DNA from: a virus
Virus record (IMG/VR): IMGVR_UViG_3300036860_000131
Coordinates: 1-64,000 of that record
Length of the DNA: 64,000 nt
Reading direction: 5' to 3' (one strand)
The notes beneath the pieces were generated by a model. That model made no database searches. It had not been told where the DNA came from and saw nothing but the letters and a program-made list of their open reading frames with translations. The position numbers were made by a program, and so were the translations under genes. Numbering within the stretch: position 1 is the stretch's first letter; each line of letters starts with the position of its first letter. This document shows positions 51,242 to 59,341 of the stretch, one piece after another.

Positions 51242-51593
51242 GCGGTTTTTCCTGTTGCTCCTGCATCCACTTGCCGCGCTCGTCATCGAGAATTCGCAGC
51301 GCCGTCAACTCATCGGCTGGAATCTCGGCCGGCGTGATGGTGAACCCCTTGCTCAACATGAATTCCAACAGTGAGGCGTTGGCGAGAAGCTGGCCGTAGC
51401 CTTCGGCTATCGCATTCTCCAGCTTGGCGACCGGGCAACCGTCGCATGGCGTGACGTTGTCCTCAGCACCGGGCCAGCCGCACAGCCTTGGCCCCTTGCA
51501 GTTGATCTCCTCACGACGGATTGACCAGCGAATGAGAAAGCGCAGGCTCGGCGATTCTGGCCACTCTTCGCCGAGCGTCAGTCTTCCGGGTCT
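51234..51593 (-). CDS. gpT-position ORF lacking an ATG/GTG/TTG start; -1 frame relative to the upstream chaperone-like gene
   Basis: 119 sense codons with coding-like GC3 (..WPESPSLRFLIRW...CDGCPVAKLENAIAEGYGQLL...). The first canonical start codon is about 75 codons in. A CTG at 51581 overlaps the upstream TGA (CTGA). Confidence 0.5.
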   Translation of the reverse strand, partial: RPGRLTLGEEWPESPSLRFLIRWSIRREEINCKGPRLCGWPGAEDNVTPCDGCPVAKLENAIAEGYGQLLANASLLEFMLSKGFTITPAEIPADELTALRILDDERGKWMQEQQEKPRG

Positions 51594-52183
51594 TCATTGT
51601 CCTCAAGCATCCCCACCTGGGCCATGAGCTCGTAGACGACTGCGTCCTTGTGAATGAGCGGCACGCCATTGGTGTAGTTGACCGTATCAACCTTCACCTG
51701 GTCGTAGAGTGCGCCGCTCGGACGGAGTGAGAAGCGAATCTCGCTACCGCGGCGGCCCTCGATCGGGCTCATCGTTCCGCGTCGTAAATCGAGAACGGCC
51801 TGAGCTGTAGGTATTCCGACAACATGCTCCGTCATGCCTGAAACGGTCTTGGTCTTGATTCGAAAGTTGGCGCCATCGCGGGCGACGTCGGTGACCATGC
51901 AGCGACCGATACGCTCGATCACGAGCTGTGCTTCAGCTGGGTCGAACGCCGGCGGCGCGTCTCCATTCACTCCATCCAACCTGATCTTGGCCAGCAACTC
52001 GGCATCGATCAGTTCGGGGTGCGGGATTTCCGTCTGACTCTTGCCGCGTCCCAGGTCTCGGCGGATGGCCTTCATGCGCGATGTCCGCCATTCCCATTCG
52101 TCATCGTTTGGATAGCGAACGCGACACGACTTCTCCCCTCCAGAAATGATCTTGACTTCGAATTCTTTTGAAGCGTCGAACAT
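51578..52183 (-). CDS. tail assembly chaperone-like protein (lambda gpG position)
   Basis: Positioned between the tube-like gene and the tape measure. Acidic C-terminus MLEDNEDPED. Internal ATG at 52183 chosen just after the upstream stop. Confidence 0.45.
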   Translation of the reverse strand: MFDASKEFEVKIISGGEKSCRVRYPNDDEWEWRTSRMKAIRRDLGRGKSQTEIPHPELIDAELLAKIRLDGVNGDAPPAFDPAEAQLVIERIGRCMVTDVARDGANFRIKTKTVSGMTEHVVGIPTAQAVLDLRRGTMSPIEGRRGSEIRFSLRPSGALYDQVKVDTVNYTNGVPLIHKDAVVYELMAQVGMLEDNEDPED

Positions 52184-52193
52184 AAAATCCCTC

Positions 52194-53219
52194 TTACGCA
52201 CCGATACCTGTAACGTTCGTCTCGGCGACAACCGTGATGATGCCGTTCGATGAATCATAGAGCGGCTTGCACGTGACCTCGACCTTGATCAGCCCTTCGT
52301 CGTCGCCGATCACAACGGCCGAGAACACGACGTCATGCAGCGTCACGGACAGGCTGTGGTTCGCTCCGTTGCTCAGCGTGAAGACCACCGTTCCGGTGGT
52401 CCCGTTGAGCAAGCTCGCTTCCTCTGTGCTGGTCGATTCGAGGAACGCATTGAAACGGAACGAGCAAACCCGCTTTCCGAACCAGTTACGCCCGCGCACC
52501 GCGCCGCTGTCCGCATCGCCCGGAGTCTGGAAATCAGAGCCGGGGAAGTAGCCCTGCCGATCGCGCCAGTTGTTTTCCCATACCAGCTCGGCGTCGATTA
52601 TGCGCTCTGTGGTGACGTAATCCGTTCCCAGTGCCGAGATCGTCACCGACGCAGATGGAAGCAAGAACTCAGGCGTCGCGGTCGGTATGGAAAGAGTCGA
52701 TGGAACAGTGCGCCGGCCGCACCCAATGAAGTCTACGGCCAGCGTCGAGGAAGCGCGCCCCGGGCCGCTGCGGAAGTTGAGTTGCAACCGGTTTACGGAG
52801 CAGCCGATGACGGCGCGGTCGATTACCGCAGAGCCGCCCGGCCGCACCTGCTCGACGTAGGTGAAATAGGGCAACCGGATGCTGTCCGTAACGGGGTCCA
52901 TCGGCGTGATAGTGTAATTCGGTGCCGCCTCGGAAATGCCGCCGAGTGCATGCGCGAACGCCCAGGCCGCCCAAACGGAACTGGTGTATTTCTCCAGCCG
53001 GCCCGCCACATCGTGGCTCGTGAGGAAGTTTTGAGTTGGGAATTCGTGCCCCTTCCCAAGATCGTCGGCGTCATCCTCGGAGACGGGAGTTATGTTGACC
53101 AGCTCCCTGTTGACCTTCAACAGACGCAGCAGGCTGCTCTGCGCCGTCGCAATGTCAACCTGTTGAGGCTTTGAGATGCCGATCAGAAGCTCTTGAATGT
53201 TTGCCGGGTTCACTGGCAT
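52194..53219 (-). CDS. major tail (tube) protein candidate
   Basis: Called from position and size (341 aa). Beta-rich sequence with no named motif. Confidence 0.45.
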   Translation of the reverse strand: MPVNPANIQELLIGISKPQQVDIATAQSSLLRLLKVNRELVNITPVSEDDADDLGKGHEFPTQNFLTSHDVAGRLEKYTSSVWAAWAFAHALGGISEAAPNYTITPMDPVTDSIRLPYFTYVEQVRPGGSAVIDRAVIGCSVNRLQLNFRSGPGRASSTLAVDFIGCGRRTVPSTLSIPTATPEFLLPSASVTISALGTDYVTTERIIDAELVWENNWRDRQGYFPGSDFQTPGDADSGAVRGRNWFGKRVCSFRFNAFLESTSTEEASLLNGTTGTVVFTLSNGANHSLSVTLHDVVFSAVVIGDDEGLIKVEVTCKPLYDSSNGIITVVAETNVTGIGA

Positions 53220-53235
53220 GATGGATTACTCCTTT

Positions 53236-53757
53236 TCAGTTGTCACCGTTCTCGGTGAGGATGAGCTGAAGCTCTGGAATTTCTTCGATGCTGTTGTCGC
53301 CCACGGGAACGACGAGCTGCTGAAACCTGGGTGTGTCAGTCATTGGAAGGCATTGCGGATGGATCGTCAGGAAGCGAAACTTTACGCCGCCTCCGCTGTT
53401 CGGGATTCCGCCGAGAATCAGCTTCGCGACCGAGTGCCCCGACTCCCCGTCCCGCGGCCGGATGTAGATCGATAGCGGATACTTGTTTCGTGGGATGCCG
53501 CGCTCGCCTTCATAGAATCCGCGTGGCACCACCAGAATCGTTGGCGGCTTCGTTTGGCTCACGGCGAGAAAAGAGTTGTTTTCCGTGGGCCATTGACCGT
53601 GATAGGCGCGGATGTTGCCGAGGTCGTCGCCCATCGCTTCCACCACGTCGGGCATGTCGCGGAGCATATCCACGACGGCATCAGCTATTTCGTTCGGGTC
53701 GATCACGGAAGGAAAGCAGGGAGAAAAGAAACTACTACGCAGCGGCTCCGGCGCCAC
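53236..53757 (-). CDS. tail completion/terminator-like protein (lambda gpU/Z position); start uncertain
   Basis: Called from position only. Alternative GTG start at 53706. Confidence 0.4.
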   Translation of the reverse strand: MAPEPLRSSFFSPCFPSVIDPNEIADAVVDMLRDMPDVVEAMGDDLGNIRAYHGQWPTENNSFLAVSQTKPPTILVVPRGFYEGERGIPRNKYPLSIYIRPRDGESGHSVAKLILGGIPNSGGGVKFRFLTIHPQCLPMTDTPRFQQLVVPVGDNSIEEIPELQLILTENGDN

Positions 53758-54454
53758 GAATCCAACTGGCTAAGTTCCGGTACTGCTCGGCGTCTTCACC
53801 GATCCACAGGTCGAGCGTGACAAGATCCTTGTCATTGGCCCAGCCCGCATGCGGTCGATGGCCTGTCCCGATACCGGGCCGACCCGGCATGCCCTTCATG
53901 CCGACGTGGATACCGCTGGGCGGGAACAGCGCCCCGCGATGTCGCCGGAATAGTTCAATGTCCAAGAACTTCGCCCCAGCCTTCAGGATTTCCTCGAACG
54001 CCGGAAGCATCTCGCGACGGAATCCGGTCTGCCCGAGTGATGAATGCTTCAGGTTCGAGTAGATGTGATACTCGCGCGTCCCCACGTTGTAGTACCGGGC
54101 GCGCTGCTCACCGACGAGCGGCGCTTGTTCCAGCCGCGCTGCGAGCGTCTCCAGGTAACTCGGCGAAATCCAGTCATCGTCTTCCAGAATTGCAATCCGG
54201 TCGTGCCGGACGTGAGGCAGCGCCGCCAACAGGTTCCGCGCCTGGGTGTTCTGTCCCGGCTCCCACAGCGGCGTGGGGTAAATCACTTGTACGCCGGGCG
54301 GACACGGCATCGCGGGTGAAACGTCGTCCACGCACAACCATTGAATGGACCCGCGATACGTCTGGCGCGCGACCCAGCGGGCGAGTAGCGCGAATGCCTG
54401 GGGGCGTCCGCCGGTCGGCGTGATGATGGTTATGGACACTATATGTGCGCCCAA
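53735..54454 (-). CDS. GT-A fold glycosyltransferase
   Basis: SITIITPTGGRP and the DxD-type ILEDDDW. A GTG at 54439 abuts the HNH stop as an alternative start. Confidence 0.6.
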   Translation of the reverse strand: MGAHIVSITIITPTGGRPQAFALLARWVARQTYRGSIQWLCVDDVSPAMPCPPGVQVIYPTPLWEPGQNTQARNLLAALPHVRHDRIAILEDDDWISPSYLETLAARLEQAPLVGEQRARYYNVGTREYHIYSNLKHSSLGQTGFRREMLPAFEEILKAGAKFLDIELFRRHRGALFPPSGIHVGMKGMPGRPGIGTGHRPHAGWANDKDLVTLDLWIGEDAEQYRNLASWIRGAGAAA

Positions 54455-54933
54455 CTTCTTCTGTTGACGATTAAGCTCACCAGTGACTGATCAATCGTAA
54501 AGCGTCCCGCAATACTAAGTTGGGTTTCTCCACCAGATGCCCTGCGTCGAATCTCGAAAACATCCTCGTTTTTCAGTTTCCGCTGGCCGTTTCTTTCTCC
54601 GAAGTTCCCCCTACCCTTGCGACTACGGTCGGCCTGATTGTCCTTTGCTGTCCCGACGAACAAATGATCTGGATTGAAGCATGGAGGGTTATCACAACGA
54701 TGGCAAGCGAAAATCTCTGGACGGGAAAGGTCTAGCCCCAACTTCAAATGAGCCACTAAACGGTGCACGGCAATAGGGCTGCGGCGACCCTCCACCCAAA
54801 CCTGTGAGATGTACCCATATCCGCTTTTATCGCGGTTTCCCGTCCACAGCCAACAGCCTGAAATCTTATCGATCTCTCGTTGCGACTCCAGCCGGTCCCA
54901 CAATGGGAGACGTTTTGTCACGGTTGCTTCCAT
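54439..54933 (-). CDS. HNH_3-type homing endonuclease
   Basis: GCWLWTGNRDKSGYGY...AVHRLVA...CHRCDNPPCFNPDHLFVGTAKDN. Clearly lower-GC patch. Confidence 0.75.
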   Translation of the reverse strand: MEATVTKRLPLWDRLESQREIDKISGCWLWTGNRDKSGYGYISQVWVEGRRSPIAVHRLVAHLKLGLDLSRPEIFACHRCDNPPCFNPDHLFVGTAKDNQADRSRKGRGNFGERNGQRKLKNEDVFEIRRRASGGETQLSIAGRFTIDQSLVSLIVNRRSWAHI

Positions 54934-55673
54934 TCCAGCAATTTGTCCGGGTCCCAGCAGAACGAGAACCCCGGCTGGAATTGGTCATAATGGACTCCCC
55001 AGCCTTGATCATGTTCGGCTTTGCACCGTCGCGCCAGCCGCGTTTCGATCTTTAGCCTGGCCTGCTTTGGATTTCTGAACGCATAGTGCTTCATGACGAA
55101 CTTCTCGGGCGCGACGTTCTTGCCGGGGAACTTCACGACGTGGCCGCCGCGATCAACAAGGTTGACGCGCCCGAGGTTTTTCCACGCCTTCTCCTGCGGA
55201 ATGCGACAGATCATGTCCGTCCGGTTGTAGTAGCGGAAGTAATTCTCCGGGTTCCCTCTCCATCCGCCGTCTGTACACCGGAAGTCGAACACGATGTGGT
55301 CAATGACGTTGTAGCCTTGCGCGTCAATGCGCGCGATGCCTTGCGCCAACGTCTCGCCGGGCCGCAGCGTGCGACGGAACTCATCCGCGTCCGAGAGGTA
55401 GCACCAGTCCGCGTCAGATTTGGCAGCAAGATCCTCGATGCGTGCCAGCGTGCGGCGGCAATTCCAGATTCCGTCATCGCGGTCGGCCGGTGAGCGCTCG
55501 ACCGTTACGCCGGTGCCAGCGCATTGCAAGAGTTCATAGCTTCCATCGGTAGACCAGCCATCGAGCGCGTGAACGCGGATTCCCTGCTCGTGCATGTGGG
55601 CGAGTACCCAGGGAAGCACGTCGACTTCGTTGAACACCGGCATGTAGGCGACGATCTTCACTGCACGCACCAC
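54918..55673 (-). CDS. family-2-like glycosyltransferase
   Basis: IVAYMPVFNEVDVLP and the YLSDADEF (DxD) motif. Confidence 0.65.
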   Translation of the reverse strand: MVRAVKIVAYMPVFNEVDVLPWVLAHMHEQGIRVHALDGWSTDGSYELLQCAGTGVTVERSPADRDDGIWNCRRTLARIEDLAAKSDADWCYLSDADEFRRTLRPGETLAQGIARIDAQGYNVIDHIVFDFRCTDGGWRGNPENYFRYYNRTDMICRIPQEKAWKNLGRVNLVDRGGHVVKFPGKNVAPEKFVMKHYAFRNPKQARLKIETRLARRCKAEHDQGWGVHYDQFQPGFSFCWDPDKLLEWKQP

Positions 55674-56227
55674 CAGAAAGCACCAAGCGTCTGATACCGT
55701 CCGCGGAAAGCCTCCTGAACGGCCTGAGCCACGCCGAACCCATCGCGCTCAACGTAGTCATCCCCACAGATCACACGGCGCGCCTTCTCGCGGTAAATCT
55801 CGATGTCGCGCTTGCAGCCATCGTAGGAATGGTCGCCGTCGATGTAGACCAGATCGGCGAACGGCACCTCGCCGTGGACATAACGAGAATGGCCCTTGAC
55901 GGGATGGATCTTGTGCCACAGCCCGGACCGCATTACGTTGTCTCGGAACAGGGGAAAAAAGTCGCGCGGCAAGTCCCAGCGGCGCAAAGTGCCAAGCAGG
56001 TTATTTTCTGACTCGAAAGTCGCCTCTTCGATCCAGCGGTCAACGCAGGTCACCGAGTCCACCCGTTGCGCGAACCATACCGCCGAGAGCCCGAGGAAGC
56101 TGCCGATTTCCACCACGGATTTGATGTCGTGATCAACAATCAACGCGGATAGCACTTCGCGGTTTTCCGCGGCGAACCATCCCGCGATCGGTATGGGGTG
56201 CTCCAAGAGTTCAGCGACACCAAGCAT
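55658..56227 (-). CDS. class I SAM-dependent methyltransferase (Methyltransf_24/CmcI-like)
   Basis: VVEIGSFLGLSAVWFA (motif I) and LVYIDGDHSYDG. Internal ATG at 56227. Confidence 0.6.
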   Translation of the reverse strand: MLGVAELLEHPIPIAGWFAAENREVLSALIVDHDIKSVVEIGSFLGLSAVWFAQRVDSVTCVDRWIEEATFESENNLLGTLRRWDLPRDFFPLFRDNVMRSGLWHKIHPVKGHSRYVHGEVPFADLVYIDGDHSYDGCKRDIEIYREKARRVICGDDYVERDGFGVAQAVQEAFRGRYQTLGAFWWCVQ

Positions 56228-56942
56228 GTGGGTCCACTCCGTGCTTCTCGCGGAACAGCTTCTTGTGCGGCAGAATGTCGGCCGCCTTCCGCTCGCCGGG
56301 CTTGGCGTCACGGAATCCGAACGTACTCGGTAGCTCAGTGTGGGTGACGAAGCAGGAATCAGAGACGCCAAGCTTCAGGCCAGCGGCGCGCACCCGCCAG
56401 CAGTAATCATCATCCTCAACGCCGTAGGCTGGGCAGTCGCTTCCCGCGTTCACGCCAAACCGCTCATCGAGCAGACCGACTTTGTCGATGGTCGAGCGCG
56501 GAATAAAAACGCAGATGAATGCGACCATCGGGTCCGTGGCTTCGCGCAAGCCGGTCTCCCGCTGCCGGTGCTGGCAGGGAGTGCCGCACTTGTCGACGGT
56601 AGAGGCAATCAGGCCGTACTCGGGGTTTTCGATCCACTGTCGCTGCATCGCCCGAAACCCGCCGGGAACTTTCAGAAGCGCATCATCGTTCAGCAGAATC
56701 ACGTCGTTTCCGCCAGCCGCCTTTATCCCTCGGTTGCAATTCCGAGCGAATACGAATGGTTGCTCGCCGTCTATGCGCTGCGGCATCCACTGACCAATGG
56801 GCCATCGGCAGGAACCTTCCCACTCGATTCCATCGTCGATTACGATCACGCTGAGGCTCGATTCAAACGAGCGCACCATCCATAGACACGGCCCGAGGTT
56901 TTCTATCTTCCGGCTTGGAACGATAACGGATAAGGCCGGCAT
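56211..56942 (-). CDS. family-2 glycosyltransferase
   Basis: LSVIVPSRK, VILLNDDAL and VEDDDYCWRVRAAG. Confidence 0.75.
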   Translation of the reverse strand: MPALSVIVPSRKIENLGPCLWMVRSFESSLSVIVIDDGIEWEGSCRWPIGQWMPQRIDGEQPFVFARNCNRGIKAAGGNDVILLNDDALLKVPGGFRAMQRQWIENPEYGLIASTVDKCGTPCQHRQRETGLREATDPMVAFICVFIPRSTIDKVGLLDERFGVNAGSDCPAYGVEDDDYCWRVRAAGLKLGVSDSCFVTHTELPSTFGFRDAKPGERKAADILPHKKLFREKHGVDPHAWCR

Positions 56943-56943
56943 G

Positions 56944-57450
56944 CTACTTCACGGCCTCCAGCACGGCAGTCACGAGCCATACCTCTTCCCAGTGGTGCAT
57001 GTACTTTTCTTCGGTAGGCTTGCCGCCGATGATCCTGAATCGCGCAGTAATACCCGAACTCTTATGGAACCGCTTCCAATCCGGGTGGCCATCCGCGAAG
57101 TAGCCGAACGAATTCATCGTCCATGGACTTTTGTGATCAGGGTCTTGTACGTAGCCCGCTCCGTGCGACGCGCTCGGAACGATCACCGTCGCCCTGCCGC
57201 CGGGCCGGAGCACCCGGTGAAGCTCGTTCATCGTGTGGATTCGGTCCGGCAGGTGCTCAAAGATATGGTGCGCAATCACTTCCAGAACGGATGACGTTTC
57301 CCACGGCCAGCGCTCCCGCAGATCCGCGATCACGTCGGCGGGCGGCGCGATGTCGACGCTCAGATAGCCGGGACGGCGATCATTGTTCGCGCCGAGATTC
57401 AGGCGGACCAACTGAGCCGGCGCGGCCGTGACTGTTCCGGATGGCGTCAC
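56944..57450 (-). CDS. class I SAM-dependent methyltransferase (Methyltransf_11-like)
   Basis: VRLNLGAN..GYLSVD, VIAHHIFEHL and LHRVLRPGGRATVIVP. GTG at 57450 overlaps the upstream TGA. Confidence 0.65.
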   Translation of the reverse strand: MTPSGTVTAAPAQLVRLNLGANNDRRPGYLSVDIAPPADVIADLRERWPWETSSVLEVIAHHIFEHLPDRIHTMNELHRVLRPGGRATVIVPSASHGAGYVQDPDHKSPWTMNSFGYFADGHPDWKRFHKSSGITARFRIIGGKPTEEKYMHHWEEVWLVTAVLEAVK

Positions 57451-57806
57451 GCTGTCACCACTTCGACCCAATCCCGCAACCGAGAAATGTCAATTTCCGA
57501 ATGAAAAGGATAGCCCGGCTTCAAACTCGGCTTGGTTGTCGACACGGCCCATCGCGGAGCACTATTATGCTCCCAATCGGCATAGAGCCAGCAAGGTCCG
57601 GAGACCCAATGCCGACGAGTGGCCTTGACTATTTTTGCGGCTGCGGATATTGTGAATCCCGCTTTCTGGAGATATGCCAGAATCGTCACGGCCAGAATAT
57701 CCCGCGCGGACAACTCCCTCGAAACTGCAAGTTGACCCCGCGTGATCCATTTGCGGATGGTGTCGGCTTCGCATCCGATAACCGCACATAAACGAGACAG
57801 GTTCAC
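57447..57806 (-). CDS. HTH-domain protein
   Basis: LSRLCAVIGCEADTIRKWITRGQL is an HTH. GTG at 57806 overlaps the upstream TGA. Confidence 0.45.
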   Translation of the reverse strand: MNLSRLCAVIGCEADTIRKWITRGQLAVSRELSARDILAVTILAYLQKAGFTISAAAKIVKATRRHWVSGPCWLYADWEHNSAPRWAVSTTKPSLKPGYPFHSEIDISRLRDWVEVVTA

Positions 57807-58456
57807 GCTGCGACTCGCTTTCCTTCCAGCACTTCCGCCACCGAGCACTGCTGCCAGCACTTCAGGGCCGAGCCAGGCGTAGCATTCAACACTTCCACAC
57901 CGGCGACCTTCAGCGGTTCCACCAGCAACTCAAAGTACTTAACCATGCGGGTCAGCTCTCGCGCGAACTGCTCAACCGGCTTCGTATGCCAGTGGCCCTC
58001 ATGCCAGTGAGCGCCGCCACCAACATGCAGATCGTAGCCGAGCAGCACGATTCGCTTCGCGCCGAAGTGATAGGCCACATTCATCGCCTGATAGCCGGAG
58101 TTCGTGCCGTGACGGATTGCCGCCGGATCAGCCGTCTCCAGACCGCGCTGCCCGCTGTTCCGCAGCCGCAGCACGTCATTAACGCCCGTACCGAGACTGA
58201 TCACGCGCCCGCTGAACATCTCCGCGACTTTCTCTCGATGCGTTTTTGTCTCGCCGCGCTTCCACGGCTGGCGCCACCAGCTCAGGTCGCAGAAATACAG
58301 CACGTCGGCCCACGGTGCCAGCAGGTAGCTGTTGTTGACCACAATCACCCGCCGCCCGCGGAGGCATTCGGCGTCGAAGCCGCGAAGGCTCGGACCGCCA
58401 CCCAAGATGAAGCACGTCTCGCCGCGCCACTCTGGCGGAATGGAGTAGAAGCTCAT
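57803..58456 (-). CDS. DUF115/MAF-like (MptE-fold) putative glycosyltransferase
   Basis: CFILGGGPSLRG...VIVVNNSY...FCD and HGTNSGYQAMNVAYHFGAKRIVLLGYDLH resemble motility-associated-factor glycosyltransferases. Confidence 0.5.
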   Translation of the reverse strand: MSFYSIPPEWRGETCFILGGGPSLRGFDAECLRGRRVIVVNNSYLLAPWADVLYFCDLSWWRQPWKRGETKTHREKVAEMFSGRVISLGTGVNDVLRLRNSGQRGLETADPAAIRHGTNSGYQAMNVAYHFGAKRIVLLGYDLHVGGGAHWHEGHWHTKPVEQFARELTRMVKYFELLVEPLKVAGVEVLNATPGSALKCWQQCSVAEVLEGKRVAA

Positions 58457-58478
58457 TAATACTAAACCGGTGCCAGTG

Positions 58479-58613
58479 TCAGAAACCGATGGCGATCATC
58501 ACTTTCGTCATGATCATTTGAAATCTGCCGCAAATCCAGGCTCCCAACTTCGTCCGGTGTTCGTGATGTACGAAATCAGAACAGGTCCAGCGAATTCGGA
58601 CTTTCTTTTTCAT
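58479..58613 (-). CDS. 44-aa ORF at the upstream edge of the enzyme island
   Basis: MKKKVRIRWTCSDFVHHEH... The ATG overlaps the head-tail joining gene stop (ATGA). Lower GC. Confidence 0.3.
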   Translation of the reverse strand: MKKKVRIRWTCSDFVHHEHRTKLGAWICGRFQMIMTKVMIAIGF

Positions 58614-58906
58614 ATCCGCTGCCCTGCCAAGGTCCAGCCACCCTCGGCATCCGGATCAATCTCGTGGATGGTGTAGCGAACGGAATCAATCTCGATCACG
58701 TCGCCGCGCACTGGGTCGGCCTCGAACTCTTCCGTTCGCACGAAGAAATTCCGGCGGGTCTTGTTCTCTTCAAGTTCTGGAACGCCTGAGTCGATCAGCG
58801 TTATCTCGTAAGGGTCTCCGGAACGGGGCGCATAGATCGCCGCCGTCCCGAACGTCTCGATGCAGGTGTCATCGAGAGCCTTGATCGGGCCGGAGAAGTT
58901 GCTCAT
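58610..58906 (-). CDS. head-tail joining (head closure) protein
   Basis: 98 aa. The pattern ..AAIYAPRSGDPYEITLI...RGDVIEIDSVRYTIHEIDPD..GGW fits the Phage_H_T_join type. Located after the capsid genes. Confidence 0.55.
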   Translation of the reverse strand: MSNFSGPIKALDDTCIETFGTAAIYAPRSGDPYEITLIDSGVPELEENKTRRNFFVRTEEFEADPVRGDVIEIDSVRYTIHEIDPDAEGGWTLAGQRI

Positions 58907-58969
58907 TGAAACGGGTGGCTGGGCGCGGACCGGTAGCCCCGCGCCCAGCTTGCGCGTGGTCGCTCAGGT

Positions 58970-59311
58970 TTAACCGAAGCTACCGTTGAGCCGAACGCGG
59001 CCGGCCGCGTCGCTGTCGGCCGGCAGCGGTAGAATGCCGACGCCGATGAGCGTGTTGCCGGTCGAGTGTTCGGTCACGACTTTCGCCGAGTCGTCCCAGT
59101 AGATCAGGGCACCCTCGGTCCAAGCCGAACCAGCGCCGGTCGCGCGCGCGAGGTCGAACACTCCGACCACGGCGAATTCTCCGACGATGGTGCTCAGAAC
59201 ATCGCCACAGGCGACGCCAAAGATGCTCCCGACCTTGGCCCCTTCGCCGGAAAGCCGGTTGTAAGGCGCCGTCAGGCTGATCGTGTTGCCGGGCTGCACA
59301 TAGTTTTGCAT
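58970..59311 (-). CDS. DUF2190 head decoration protein
   Basis: GNTISLTAP...GEGAKVGSIFGVACGDV...GVFDLAR...GALIYWDD fits DUF2190. Sits directly after the capsid gene. Confidence 0.7.
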   Translation of the reverse strand: MQNYVQPGNTISLTAPYNRLSGEGAKVGSIFGVACGDVLSTIVGEFAVVGVFDLARATGAGSAWTEGALIYWDDSAKVVTEHSTGNTLIGVGILPLPADSDAAGRVRLNGSFG

Positions 59312-59341
59312 GATTGTTCTCCTTTTCCTTTCTGCGCCTCT

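Noticed and set aside
51581-51593. Canonical -1 slippery heptamer for a G-T frameshift
   Set aside because: The 13-nt overlap window (AGACCCGGAAGAC on the minus strand) contains no X XXY YYZ site. The frameshift idea is kept only as one of two hypotheses.
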